From positions 32,054,001 to 32,118,000 of the forward strand of contig NC_083238.1 in NCBI RefSeq assembly GCF_032191835.1: DNA of 64,000 bases, written 5' to 3'. Position 1 is the stretch's first letter. The number at the start of each line of letters is the position of its first letter. The position numbers and the translations under genes were made by a program. Below, one piece after another: positions 51,301-58,611 of this stretch. Origin of the DNA: Heteronotia binoei. Taxonomy: Eukaryota. The notes beneath the pieces are model-generated. The model did no database searches, was not told where the DNA came from, and worked only from the letters and a program-made list of their open reading frames with translations.

Positions 51301-52248
51301 TAGGATAGCAATATAGGCCTCTATGCATAGGACTGGCTGCAGTTCAAGAATTCACATGTATATGTCATATTACTATGACTGATGTCAGTTTTGACTAAAG
51401 ATTAGAATGGCTCACCATGAGTGCAGTTTCAGGTGCATTATGGGGGTGGGGGTGCCACTGCCAGTGATGGAGTATACCAGGGGTGGCCAACGGTAGTTCT
51501 CCAGATGTTTTTTGCGTACAACTCCCATCAGCCCCAGCCATTGGCCATGCTGGAGAGCTACCGTTGGCCACCTCTGGAGTATACAGTGCTCACACAAATG
51601 GTATAGACATGATGTGCCTACTAATTTCTTAAGGTAAGTAGGAAACTATAGAGAAATATTGTGTATAAAAGTAAATTCTACAAAAATTAAAATGGGATAT
51701 GAGTTGTGAAAGATTGTATGAAATTCCAGAATTACAGTACAATTCTAAATATTCAGCAGGAAGTCCCACTGTGTTTACTGTCCTTAGTAAGCACAAAGAC
51801 TGGAGCCTCAAACACATTACTAAGTCTCAGAAACTTATTAGAAGAGCATTACAAAAACATTACAAATTTTTGCTCACGTCCTACAGAATACAGAAGTCTA
51901 AGCTATGTTTCATACACTTTTAAATTTTTGTCTATGATTATTACGATATAACTGACCTCCCTAAATTAACAAAGATTACCGTACTTTGTGTTCTATAACC
52001 GCCCACTTAGCATTGCTTAAATTTTGGATTGGATCCAGCCAGCTTTTCACTTGCTCAATTTCCCTCCTTACTACAGCCCCATCCCCCCCCAAGGCTTGCA
52101 TGCATGCATATCCAATGACCCCCCATTATAATCTTTGCCGGGGGGGGGGGGATAAAACACCCTCATAAGAACATAAGAGAAGCCATGTTAGATCAGGCAA
52201 ATGGCCCATCCAGTCCAACACTCTGTGTCACACAGTGGCCAAAAAAAT

Positions 52249-52280
<32 letters not shown>

Positions 52281-54784
52281 TACATATACACACTGTGGCT
52301 AACAGCCACTCTCTCCTTACTTAAAAAAATTACTAGCAGAAATGATGGTTGTATCCAGCTCTTTATCTTTTTGCCCTTAATAAGTACATGTACTGCACAC
52401 TAAGAATACAATTTAAAGTTATCAAAGATATTCACACCATAGTGACTCAGAGAAGCTGTTTCTAGACATGATAAAAACATAAGAGTCCTACTGGATCAGA
52501 CCAGTGGTCCATCTAGTCCAGAATCCTGCTTCCCACAGTGGCCAACCAGTTGTCATGAAGGGCCAACAAGCAGAGTCCAAAGCCTTAGATAACTGTCTTA
52601 AGATCATTCACACCAGACCATGCAAAAGTAATTAAGGACCACTTTGACTATCAGTACTGTCTCTTGCAAACCTATTGCAATATTAATTATATGTCCATGC
52701 ATAATATAAATTGATAAAATAGAAAACAATTTCTTCTCCAACAAAAAAGGTTACAGGATATTCTTAACCACTTCTCCCTAAACCCACAAAATGATATTTG
52801 AGTTAACTATGTTAGGCACAATGTTCTATATAAATTGTTTAAACTTTATATTCCTGTTCTATGCATATTCAGCAGCCCTGCTGGCATTGAAAGGGACTTG
52901 CTTCTGAGTAAATGTGTGGATCAGGCTTTCTCTCTTTTGACATACACTTATCAGTCCTGATCATCACTAAAATTAAATCAGCTAATTATGATTAAATCAG
53001 TAAATTACAACCAAAAATTTACAGAATGAATTTCCAGAGTTTAAAATTGTTTGAAAATAATAATAAAGTACAGCACTGTAAACATTTAAACTCCTGGAAA
53101 AAGTACCATCAAAACTGACACTAGGAAAAAGAAAAGTCAAAACAGAGTATCCAGAATACTTTACCTTGATTGGAGCGGTGGAAAACTTTACTTTCCTATG
53201 TAGATCAAGATCTTCTTCCTCGGAAAGTCCAGGAAATTCCTCATAATCACTATCATAGTCGCAGCCTTCCTCTGCCAAGGTTTCTTCCCCTTCAAGGTCC
53301 TGATTATATGCTTCTGTTTCTCTGCCATCATCAAAAGCTTCATTTTCTATACCAAATGCACTGGAAGAGAATCCACTAAAATTCTCTCTCAGGTCTATTT
53401 GCTGTTCTTCCTCCTCTTCTTCACTACCCCCTATTTGTTCTACCTGGCCTTGCTCTCTTGTTTGAACTTCCTCCAGTGCTACTATCTCTCTTACCCCTTT
53501 ATCACTGGATTCACTGCACACACTAAGTTCCTCTACTTCCTCAAATGTGAGGCCATTTCCTTCTGCAAGTCCCTTCCCTTCAGCACCCCTTTTTGGGAAC
53601 CTGAGTGGTTTCTTCTCCTGGAAGACATTCACTTCCCCCACAATTTCATCCCTTGAAATTTCATTCTGCACTACAATCAATTCTGCTCTAACAACTTCTA
53701 TCTCAGATATTTTTATGGGTGTTCTGTCCACTTTAGAAGAAGCACTGTAAGTATCCTGTGGATCCCTTTCAGAAGTTGTTTTAGATGCTTCCTCAGCAGC
53801 CATACTTAGCTCATCCCTTTCAACAATGCTGCTGCTGAAAACAGCAGGTGTTGCAGGTGGCTGATTCTGCTTCAAGCCTTGTTCTTCATTAACCATTGGC
53901 AATTCCCAACTACAGAACACTACCTCGCCAGGACTTGGAATACCTTCAGTTTTCAAAGTGTCTTTGGGATCCTCACTGTCACTGTCAGCCAAGAAACTCT
54001 CCAATCGCCTAGAAATAGGTCCAGCATTCAGCGATGATCTGCAGCTACCACTGGATTGCTGCAGCTTGCGCTCACTGCCTCCTTGACTTTCTGTTTTTCC
54101 TGGGGTAACCTGAGAACTCACTTCATGATTGAAATTAAAATGATCCACCACATTACTACCATTGGGAGAGAGAGAGTCATGTCTCCTGTCTTCAATCCTT
54201 TCACTTTTGTTGGAAGTACATCGTTCCACTGTGCTTGCTTTTTTTGTGTTCCTTTCAAAAAGCTTCCTAGTCTCAGAAAACTTCTCTGCTAAGGCAACTT
54301 TGTCTAGATTTCCCTCATCATTGTTGTGGATAATTTTGTCAGTTAAAGCACCAGAAAACAATGAATCCTGAGAGCCGCTGCCACTATTGAGAAGGTTATT
54401 TTTTTGAATGCAGAGAAAAGATGGACTGTTGGGAGAGGAAGGGCCAGAGTCAGTTGAAGGTGTTTTGGTGCCAGTCTTGGTCTCAGAGGATAGGCTGTTC
54501 TCACAACAAGAGGAAGCAGAAGAGCCACCCATTTGCATGAACATGTTTTTGATCTTGTGTACTCTGTTGCCATAGGTGACAGCTCTGCCACGAACATGTT
54601 GTTCATTGCCCCCTCCATTGGATGAGTTGGGTAGCTTTTGCTGAGGACCAGATTTGCTTGAAGCATTATCAGTGTTCACTGAATCAAAACTGCACTTAAT
54701 GGCATGAAAATCAGCTTTATAGGCATTCCTGTGTGGAGAAGCACTTCTCAAAGTCCTCTCTCCTTTGCCTTCAGTCTTCATCAT
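407..54784 (-). CDS. PPP1R9A-like: Neurabin-1-like protein (PPP1R9 family; actin-binding/PP1-binding/PDZ/coiled-coil/SAM), 17 coding exons in window, 3'-partial
   Basis: Manually spliced GT-AG exons are phase-consistent throughout (3915 nt). N-terminus [35 protein letters not shown]1 motif, PDZ ([14 protein letters not shown]...), coiled coil ([16 protein letters not shown]), CMPFSWF motif and SAM domain match the neurabin family. Terminal exon is outside the window. Confidence 0.93.
1053..1240 (+). mobile_element. Penelope terminal (pLTR-like) fragment with ~60-bp fold-back
   Basis: 1053-1113 inverted with 1139-1199; contains agaagtgtgcatgcacacaaaagctta and actttgttggtcttaaaagtgc. Confidence 0.6.
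3816..5700 (-). mobile_element. Old, highly degenerate DIRS element (YR, MT, RH and probably RT remnants)
   Basis: Minus-strand translation with stops: WDLQLV...[33 protein letters not shown]...[10 protein letters not shown]; 3' end gcagttacaggtaagca matches the young DIRS terminus; upstream boundary uncertain. Confidence 0.75.
6504..6620 (-). CDS. PPP1R9A-like: Neurabin-like coding exon 16 (SRIVIDDSY...DLSGLVTEP...SSNE)
   Basis: 117 nt, ttgcag|...|gtgagt, phase 0; resembles neurabin-1 ADLSGLGAEP...LSSDE. Confidence 0.88.
7717..8234. mobile_element. hAT-type MITE
   Basis: TIR taggcttcccaa / ttggcaacccta; perfect 8-bp TSD acaactag. Confidence 0.85.
9160..9300 (+). mobile_element. CR1 endonuclease fragment
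   Basis: LEMEKEIRE...GDF-like degenerate translation. Confidence 0.55.
10000..11420 (+). mobile_element. Degenerate CR1 LINE (RT 3' part and tail)
   Basis: [13 protein letters not shown]...; [18 protein letters not shown]...[14 protein letters not shown]; ends with CR1 tail ggccactgtgtga...cttcttatagtc. Confidence 0.85.
12122..13512 (-). mobile_element. Penelope-like element 3' fragment (GIY-YIG endonuclease) with inverted duplication
   Basis: Minus frames ~12830-13290: CSVC...[24 protein letters not shown]...HFTEMGH...LLKEE...[19 protein letters not shown]; 13295-13512 is an inverted copy of 12184-12413. Confidence 0.8.
13514..14470 (-). mobile_element. Possible L1-like insert (A-rich tail, GC-rich head)
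   Basis: Minus-strand end aatcaataaaaattataaaaaa; head begins ggacttcc; no ORF recognised. Confidence 0.35.
14472..14677. mobile_element. Second Penelope-derived piece: 50-bp direct copy of the endonuclease region plus inverted copy of 12122-12277
   Basis: 14472-14522 resembles 12930-12980; 14525-14677 is the reverse complement of 12122-12277. Confidence 0.75.
15396..16022. mobile_element. hAT-like MITE nested in a Squam2-like SINE (partial relative ~17356-17830)
   Basis: TIR tagggggtgtgca / tgcacactccta; the SINE resumes after the insert. Confidence 0.65.
17168..17330 (-). mobile_element. Sauria-type SINE, 3' half (a 5' fragment also at ~62300-62376, +)
   Basis: aaaggtaaaggtagtcccctgtgcaagcacc...gggtactcatttt. 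Confidence 0.8.
19128..19317 (-). CDS. PPP1R9A-like: Neurabin-like coding exon 15 (contains [11 protein letters not shown])
   Basis: 190 nt, tttcag|...|gtaaat, phase 2 to 0; CMPFSWF motif shared with neurabin-1 and SAMD14. Confidence 0.9.
19531..19602 (-). CDS. PPP1R9A-like: Neurabin-like coding exon 14 ([24 protein letters not shown])
   Basis: 72 nt, tttcag|...|gtattt, phase 2 to 2. Confidence 0.82.
20250..20735 (+). mobile_element. CR1 LINE 3' end
   Basis: tatgaggaaaggatgagggagctggg...gaagaacttcctgac...ttccttccaattctatggttctatgattct tail. Confidence 0.85.
21157..21238 (-). CDS. PPP1R9A-like: Neurabin-like coding exon 13 (EEKKNEEK...[11 protein letters not shown])
   Basis: 82 nt, taacag|...|gtaaga, phase 1 to 2; resembles the KRRFVDLG segment recalled from long neurabin-1 isoforms. 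Confidence 0.85.
21934..22226. mobile_element. hAT-type MITE (related copies ~9464-9680, 39226-39460, 49737-50030)
   Basis: TIR cagggatggccaaact / agtttggccacccctg. Confidence 0.75.
22227..22385 (+). mobile_element. 5S rRNA-derived SINE (5S-Sauria-like); other copies ~2925-3055(-), 9305-9462(+), 44260-44455(-)
   Basis: gcctgatgtcatcagatctcgaaag...ggtacttggatgggag 5S-like head followed by a ggcaaaccacc body. Confidence 0.7.
22907..23185 (+). mobile_element. tRNA-derived SINE with L2-like tail (Squam3-like; name from memory)
   Basis: ggagagccagtttggtgtagtggttaag...gggcgggatataaatcc; sister copies in window. Confidence 0.75.
23469..23960. mobile_element. hAT-type MITE with internal inverted repeat
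   Basis: TIR caggggtcctcaacc / ttggggaccactg; TSD tcctacag/tcctggag. Confidence 0.75.
24026..24161. mobile_element. Palindromic hAT-type MITE
   Basis: Near-perfect hairpin; TSD ctgtagtc/ctgtaatc. Confidence 0.85.
24321..24627 (-). CDS. PPP1R9A-like: Neurabin-like coding exon 12 (Ser-rich, DDDSEETVQ...KGKGKESK)
   Basis: 307 nt open frame, tttcag|...|gtaagt, phase 0 to 1; low complexity, so supported mainly by splice sites and phase. Confidence 0.78.
25088..25388 (+). mobile_element. Sauria-type SINE, full length
   Basis: gagccccgtggcgcagagtggtaaagctgcag...ctacctttacctttt; TSD tactt(t)aaacata. Confidence 0.85.
26875..27101 (+). mobile_element. CR1 LINE 5'-truncated ORF2 fragment (left part, split by DIRS)
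   Basis: [16 protein letters not shown]...ERDLGVVVD...[16 protein letters not shown]. Confidence 0.92.
27131..27312 (+). repeat. DIRS 3' inverted terminal repeat (pairs with 32655-32830)
   Basis: Reverse complement of the 5' terminus with a few mismatches and a 16-nt indel. Confidence 0.9.
27364..27458 (+). repeat. DIRS internal complementary region (ICR)
   Basis: 27364-27422 is complementary to the 3' terminus (27102-27160, one mismatch); 27423-27458 is complementary to the 5' terminus (32795-32830, exact). Confidence 0.92.
27497..29915 (-). pseudogene. DIRS tyrosine recombinase, overlapping pol; two frameshifts
   Basis: SARRAGE (R), HSTR, ATW and KHY catalytic motifs; shifts at the G11 run 28205-28215 and near 27720. 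Confidence 0.9.
28517..30400 (-). pseudogene. DIRS pol: reverse transcriptase, RNase H, DNA adenine methyltransferase-like domain; disrupted
   Basis: [10 protein letters not shown]...[27 protein letters not shown]...INYLELLAV...TDNTT, LDAF...YMFPP...WWPRQSWF; deletion/frameshift near 29981 and TAA at 28931-28933. Confidence 0.9.
30365..32425 (-). pseudogene. DIRS gag-like ORF1 (N-terminal Cys/His cluster, C-terminal LAP2alpha-like domain), two frameshifts
   Basis: Three joined ORFs (31625-32425, 31048-31725, 30365-31138); CRAC...CLLC...H...CPHC; DKEGRKID...GRKVY...RRYSWLR...LPFEGDGLF; shifts near 31700 and 31165. Confidence 0.8.
32655..32830 (-). repeat. DIRS 5' inverted terminal repeat
   Basis: Inverted copy of 27131-27312; CpG-rich. 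Confidence 0.9.
32831..33434 (+). mobile_element. CR1 LINE ORF2 end and 3'UTR (right part)
   Basis: [24 protein letters not shown]...[21 protein letters not shown]...SISGY*, then (TG)n and the CR1 tail ending cttatgttc. Confidence 0.92.
33328..33357 (+). repeat. (TG)n microsatellite in the CR1 3'UTR
   Basis: Direct inspection. Confidence 0.95.
33486..33637 (-). CDS. PPP1R9A-like: Neurabin-like coding exon 11 ([34 protein letters not shown]...)
   Basis: 152 nt, ttgtag|...|gtacag, phase 1 to 0; resembles neurabin-1 ETERLDSKALKTRAQLSVKNRRQRPSR. Confidence 0.87.
34081..34162. repeat. Short irregular tandem repeat (cagtctctaatttaaaaaa)
   Basis: About four imperfect units. Confidence 0.85.
34392..34575 (-). 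CDS. PPP1R9A-like: Neurabin-like coding exon 10 ([13 protein letters not shown]...MEKLDFS), contains a 29-bp tandem duplication
   Basis: 184 nt, ttttag|...|gtaagt, phase 0 to 1, open and in frame with both neighbours. Confidence 0.82.
34655..34751 (-). CDS. PPP1R9A-like: Neurabin-like coding exon 9 ([11 protein letters not shown]...LQEK)
   Basis: 97 nt, caacag|...|gtaagt, phase 2 to 0; resembles EIEFLKKE/ELDFIKRQ of paralogues. Confidence 0.88.
37278..37507 (-). CDS. PPP1R9A-like: Neurabin-like coding exon 8 (coiled coil, [15 protein letters not shown]...KEYQQK)
   Basis: 230 nt, ttgaag|...|gtgagt, phase 0 to 2. Confidence 0.92.
37675..37775 (+). mobile_element. Penelope terminal fragment with short fold-back
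   Basis: gtagttgaacaaagcagaagtcaa inverted with ttgactcctgctttgttcaactat around ttggtcttaaaggtgcaac. Confidence 0.55.
39045..39163 (+). mobile_element. RTE-BovB LINE 3' end
   Basis: gaagacaggagggtgtggcatg...gtccatagggtcgcaaagagtcggactcgactgcgcgactgaacaacagcaa. Confidence 0.8.
40145..40198 (-). CDS. PPP1R9A-like: Neurabin-like coding exon 7 ([18 protein letters not shown])
   Basis: 54 nt, gtttag|...|gtaaga, phase 0; matches neurabin LQIKHAVTEAEIQKLKTK. Confidence 0.92.
40975..41515 (+). mobile_element. CR1 3' end interrupted by a hAT MITE (41082-41257)
   Basis: ggtttttaaacagagg...gcagatcatgag...ggtcccttccaactctatgattctatga; MITE flanked by gctgcatc/gttgcatc. Confidence 0.75.
41726..41869 (-). 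CDS. PPP1R9A-like: Neurabin-like coding exon 6 ([10 protein letters not shown]...[11 protein letters not shown]...KFKE)
   Basis: 144 nt, ttttag|...|gtataa, phase 0; resembles neurabin IEVFELPENED...HKFKE. Confidence 0.9.
42028..42145 (-). CDS. PPP1R9A-like: Neurabin-like coding exon 5 ([26 protein letters not shown]...DAEQ)
   Basis: 118 nt, ctttag|...|gtagca, phase 2 to 0. Confidence 0.92.
42278..42382 (-). CDS. PPP1R9A-like: Neurabin-like coding exon 4 (PDZ C-half, [35 protein letters not shown])
   Basis: 105 nt, tttag|...|gtatgt, phase 2 to 2. Confidence 0.95.
42845..43110 (-). mobile_element. Squam3-like SINE
   Basis: Reverse complement of the 22907 family, high similarity. Confidence 0.75.
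44880..45000 (-). CDS. PPP1R9A-like: Neurabin-like coding exon 3 (PDZ N-half, [41 protein letters not shown])
   Basis: 121 nt, tgtag|...|gtgagt, phase 1 to 2. Confidence 0.95.
45076..45295 (+). mobile_element. tRNA-derived SINE (Squam2-like; name from memory); other copies ~6062-6285, 15240-15395+16031-16046, 36712-36905
   Basis: gggagggacggtggctcagtggtagagcatctgc...gttcaatccc-type head...gatggaccaagggtctgattcagtataaggcagc. Confidence 0.75.
45553..45685 (-). CDS. PPP1R9A-like: Neurabin-like coding exon 2 ([44 protein letters not shown])
   Basis: 133 nt, ttcag|...|gtactc, phase 0 to 1; near-identical to neurabin/spinophilin sequence. Confidence 0.95.
46188..46300. repeat. 55-bp tandem duplication
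   Basis: tgaagtcatatgctaaat...aatccacac twice (46188, 46243) with a few differences. Confidence 0.9.
46704..46960 (-). mobile_element. CR1 3'-tail fragment (similar copies at ~16046-16260, 52163-52310, 52477-52580)
   Basis: acataagaacataagaaaggccatgttggatcagg...tccagtccaacac is the reverse complement of the tail at 33360-33434. Confidence 0.75.
50450..50745 (-). mobile_element. Sauria-type SINE, full length
   Basis: Reverse complement of the 25088 family; TSD atctgagctag. Confidence 0.85.
51478..51576. mobile_element. Same palindromic hAT MITE family, internally deleted
   Basis: Perfect TSD gagtatac. Confidence 0.85.
52250..52292. repeat. (TA)n(CA)n microsatellite
   Basis: Direct inspection. 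Confidence 0.9.
53165..54784 (-). CDS. PPP1R9A-like: Neurabin-like coding exon 1 (1620 nt; actin-binding region to KVKF PP1 motif)
   Basis: ATG at 54784 (the ORF track starts at an upstream TTG); ends ...STAPIK|gtaaag, phase 0; acceptor cattctctctgcag| before 54896. Confidence 0.93.
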
Positions 54785-55178
54785 TGTCAAAAGGAGACAG
54801 CGTTCACTTCTTTAGGGGGGGAGGGGGAGGAAATGAAAACCAACAGCAGCTGCCCCTACTGCCCCCCACAATGCCTGGATACAAGCCTATTACAGACTGC
54901 AGAGAGAATGAGACTGGAAGACGCCTCTGGCCGGCTTATTCTTCTGAGCAGGCATTGAAGCGAGTTGTGGGAAAGAGGAACACACAGAGAGAGCAAGCGC
55001 TCCAGGACCGTATGTGGAAATACAGGATACTAATTGCACCGCTGATCCACTCCTATCCAGAAAACTATCTGCCAAAAAAAAAAAGTTAATGAGCTTGTGG
55101 CCTCACCCACTTAATGGCAAGCACTTCAACCTTGTCTCAAATGGAATTTCATACCCTGAGGAACAGCAAGAAACTTAC

Positions 55179-55198
55179 CTCTGCTGTGTCCCACCAGA
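55179..55198 (-). other. Candidate 20-nt 5'UTR microexon
   Basis: ~40-nt pyrimidine-rich tract ending ttctgctttcag|TCTGGTGGGACACAGCAGAG|gtaagt. Confidence 0.5.
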
Positions 55199-56224
55199 CT
55201 GAAAGCAGAAGTGGAGGGGACGGGGAAAAGAAACAGAGACGCAAAACCACCTCTGGAATTCACCACATTAACAGGAACAAACTTCACTGGGTCATAGCCC
55301 TGGAGCCTGTTCTCACAGTCGAATTAAATGTGAAATGGTATAAATAAGAGAACAGCACTAAGCATGTACGGCCCAGTCCTACTCATCTGGGGATTAAACA
55401 GAAAAGAGCTTCCAGGGCCAAGGATGCAGCTTGCAGTCAGACTGGATCCCCAGCACCCAAAAATATTCACACCAGCTAAAAGTCCCTATCTGGGACGAAA
55501 ACAAATCTTTAAAAGGAAAAGAGGAAGAATCTCAGCCTAATGCCTTCCCTCAGGCGATTTTTCCCCCACCCTCACCTCAAGAGATTGGGCGCTCTGAGTA
55601 CACCTCACAGCTCACTTCCTCAAAGAGGCCCTCCCCGTCTATCATTCCTGAGGGAGGCAGGGTGTGTGTACTTGTGAAAAAGGCGACAGTGAGCCCTTTG
55701 CAATAATTGTCTCCCCCAGGTCTTGAATTCAGCAGCTCACAGGAGCACCTTTCTGAGGGTTCCCCCTCTTCCTCCCCACCTACCTTGTCCATTGAATAGT
55801 TGGTGCAGCTGCATAACAATTCCTGGATTAGGAGAGCGGGCAGCAGGCCAGCCACCAGGAGCTTTGCCACAACCCCAGTAGCCCTCATTAGCCCCTGGAG
55901 AAGCCACGGCACCCTTTCTCCACTTCTTATGTGATTTTGGGTGGCAGGTGGCTTATTGGCTGTGTGGGCGGGGGCGGCCAAGGAGAGCCCCAGGTGAGCG
56001 AGGCCTGCTTGGGCTGGCTGGATCTTTAGCCAGCCCAAGCAGGCCTTGCTAGCCTGGGGCTCTCTTTTCTTGTATCAGGTTGCTGTTGGCTGGTTGGGGG
56101 GGGGGGGCGGCGGCATATGCTATTGAGTTATTATTATTGAGTTATTCTCAACTTTACTATGCCTTTTGCTGTAACCCCTTTTTATTTCAATAAAGTTTGA
56201 TTGGTTTGTTTAAACAAAAATAAA

Positions 56225-57110
56225 TTATGCTGATGATCTCCACCACCTACAAAACGACCCCTGGTTTCCCCGCGTCCCCTCCTCGGCCTTCCCCAACCCC
56301 CTCAACGGGGACTTCGCTTCCATTTCCCAGCCAGGAATGTCAACCATTCCGGCCCAAACTTGGGGCTTCTTCCTTTGCGAAGAGCCAGCCAGGCCAGCTC
56401 CTCCTCCCTGCCGCCGCCGGGCTGGGAATGGGGAGGACGAAGAGCGAGAAGGGGAGGCGGATCGCACAACGGAGCCCCCCGCCGCAAACTCCTCGGTCCT
56501 TTCTTCCTTAGCGGCGGCGCGCCTCCCCAGCCCAGCAAATAAACACAAGGGGAAACTTTCCTGAGCTCAGCCTACCATAAGACTTACTCACCTGAGGTCA
56601 AGTCTAGTCCCGGCGCGGCTCCTTCTTCTTTGCTTAGCTTGGGCTTCCCCGCTCGCCGTTTCCCTCAGCCGGCGAACACAAAACGTTATCTCCAACCCCC
56701 GCCGGTTCTTGCCCTATATATTATTTTTTTCATTCCACACACCCCGCCAAACTATTCGCTCGCCCGCCCGCTCCTGCCACTGTTGACTGACTTTTAGCGC
56801 GCCCGCCCGCACGGCCGGGTTAGTTTTTAATAGTGGGTTCACCCCCCCCCCCCACTCTCTCTCTCTTTTCCCCCCTCCCTCAGGGCCGCGCGGGCGGGCG
56901 GGTGCGCGCGCGAGACTGTGTGCCTGAGCGCGCTCTCTCGTTCTCTTCCCCGCCCCCCTCTTCCCCTTGCCCCGGCTCCCACACAAAAGAAGAGCCTGCT
57001 CTCTCGCTTCTTTCCCTAAGTCCGCGTATGGAAGGAGGCGGGGTTGAGACTCGGGCACAGGAGGGAGGGGGGAGAGAGGAAAGAGGCGAGCGTGTCTAAG
57101 TTCTAAAGGA
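56225..57110 (-). promoter_or_regulatory. CpG island / promoter of the neurabin-like gene
   Basis: GC- and CpG-rich stretch with GGGCGG boxes, 1.5-2 kb upstream of the first coding exon; TSS not determinable. Confidence 0.75.
56592..56960 (-). other. Putative non-coding exon 1 (5' boundary approximate)
   Basis: Strong donor CTCAG|GTGAGT at 56592/56591 inside the CpG island, sense to the gene. Confidence 0.6.
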
Positions 57111-57761
57111 AACGCCTCCTTTATCCGTTGGGATATACCATATTGGGATAAAGGGGTTTGGGTGATACCATGTGAGGGACGGTCCTGGAAAAAAGAAAAG
57201 GGCTCGTTAGCGCCTATTGTTCCAAGTTTGCCTTTGCCTGGTGCGGGGTAGCAGCTGGGACGCGCTGTGATTTTGGTGTCACTCCGCAGAGCAAAGAGAC
57301 TCCTGGGACTTATTTATCTGCCGATTTCCATTTCTCAGGCGCCTCACAGAAGCCTGAGAAAGGAGGGAGGAGAGGGAATATTTGGGCTGCAATCTCAACA
57401 GAAGCCAGTGAACTATATTTAGGTTGCTTTTCTTTTTTCCGTTGTTGTTTTTTTTTTGAGGAGGGGGGGTTCCAGCTTCCGAGCACCAAGCATTTTCCTT
57501 TAATACGTGTTTTCTAAGACTAAACGTACATGGTAAAGGGAAGACAACTGGAAACTTTTAGCATTAACAATAATTAGCAGATAAATATTATTATTGGATG
57601 TTTCTGTCACTTATGTAAGGGTTTTGTGACAGTGATGCTTAAATCCAAATGTCTCAATTTGTTAATTTCACTACTCTGCGGTTGGATTTTAACGTTGTAC
57701 CACTTTGCATTCTAAACCACTGCCCACCAGCTGTATGTAGCTCTACTCACTGTACCTCATT

Positions 57762-57930
57762 TCCTGTCTGAAGAAGTATGCATGCATGCATACGAAATCT
57801 TACATTCTGAATAAAACTTTGTTGGTCTTAAGGTTGCTGAAGAAGTATGCATGCATGCATACGAAAGCTTACATTCTGAATAAAACTTTGTTGGTCTTAA
57901 GGTTGCTACTGGACTCCTACTTTGTTAAGA
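57762..57930 (+). mobile_element. Penelope terminal fragment, 69-bp unit tandemly duplicated, each with a hammerhead-like core
   Basis: Units 57768-57836 and 57837-57905: CTGAAGA-A-palindrome-GAAA(T/G)CTTAC...ttggtcttaagg. Confidence 0.65.
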
Positions 57931-58611
57931 CCAGTCATTTAAAAGTTTTCCTCTGTACAGTTTTATGTGGATGGCATTCCCGGACAACCTGTTCATACAG
58001 ACACTATGGAGTCTATGGAAATCCATGGAATCTACTTTTGAATGCATATGGGGGGGGGGGTTGTAACCGCATTCCTGCAATATTATCTGTGAGTAAGGCC
58101 ACTGAATACAGTGGAACTTGAAAGTATGCTTTGTTGACTGGTTATTACCTTGCTGAGGTGTGCCACTGCATCAAAATTTGCTCTGGCACCATTTCATTTA
58201 GGTAACATACTGTTTCAGTCCAATAATATTTTTAAAATACAGTGGTGCCCTGAACTTAAAAAAAAAAAATTACAGAGCATGAATTTTGTAGGTTGCTACC
58301 TACTTCATTGCATGCTAGTGGAATTGTTAGCTGCAAGAACTTGGACAATCCAGTCCTAAAATTCTGGTGCTGGTGTATCACTAACCCGATGCAGCATCAG
58401 CACCATTACCTGGCAGAGGCAATTGAAACAGAATCCCTAAGACCTTTCCAGTTTAAGAGTTCAGGTCTTTGTGTGGGCATAGGGAGATCTCAGGAGCACC
58501 CTTTCTAGGCAAGGAGGATGCAGACACAAGGACAGCAACATGAGAACGCACAACAGCCTATCCATAAGAGGCATTCCCACCAACTTCCCAAATAAAACTT
58601 ACTAGGAAAAA

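Noticed and set aside
52997-53164. C-terminal part of the 597-aa ORF (VKYSGYSVL...) and its TTG start at 54790
   Set aside because: Intron read-through after the donor at 53165; homology places the start at the ATG at 54784.
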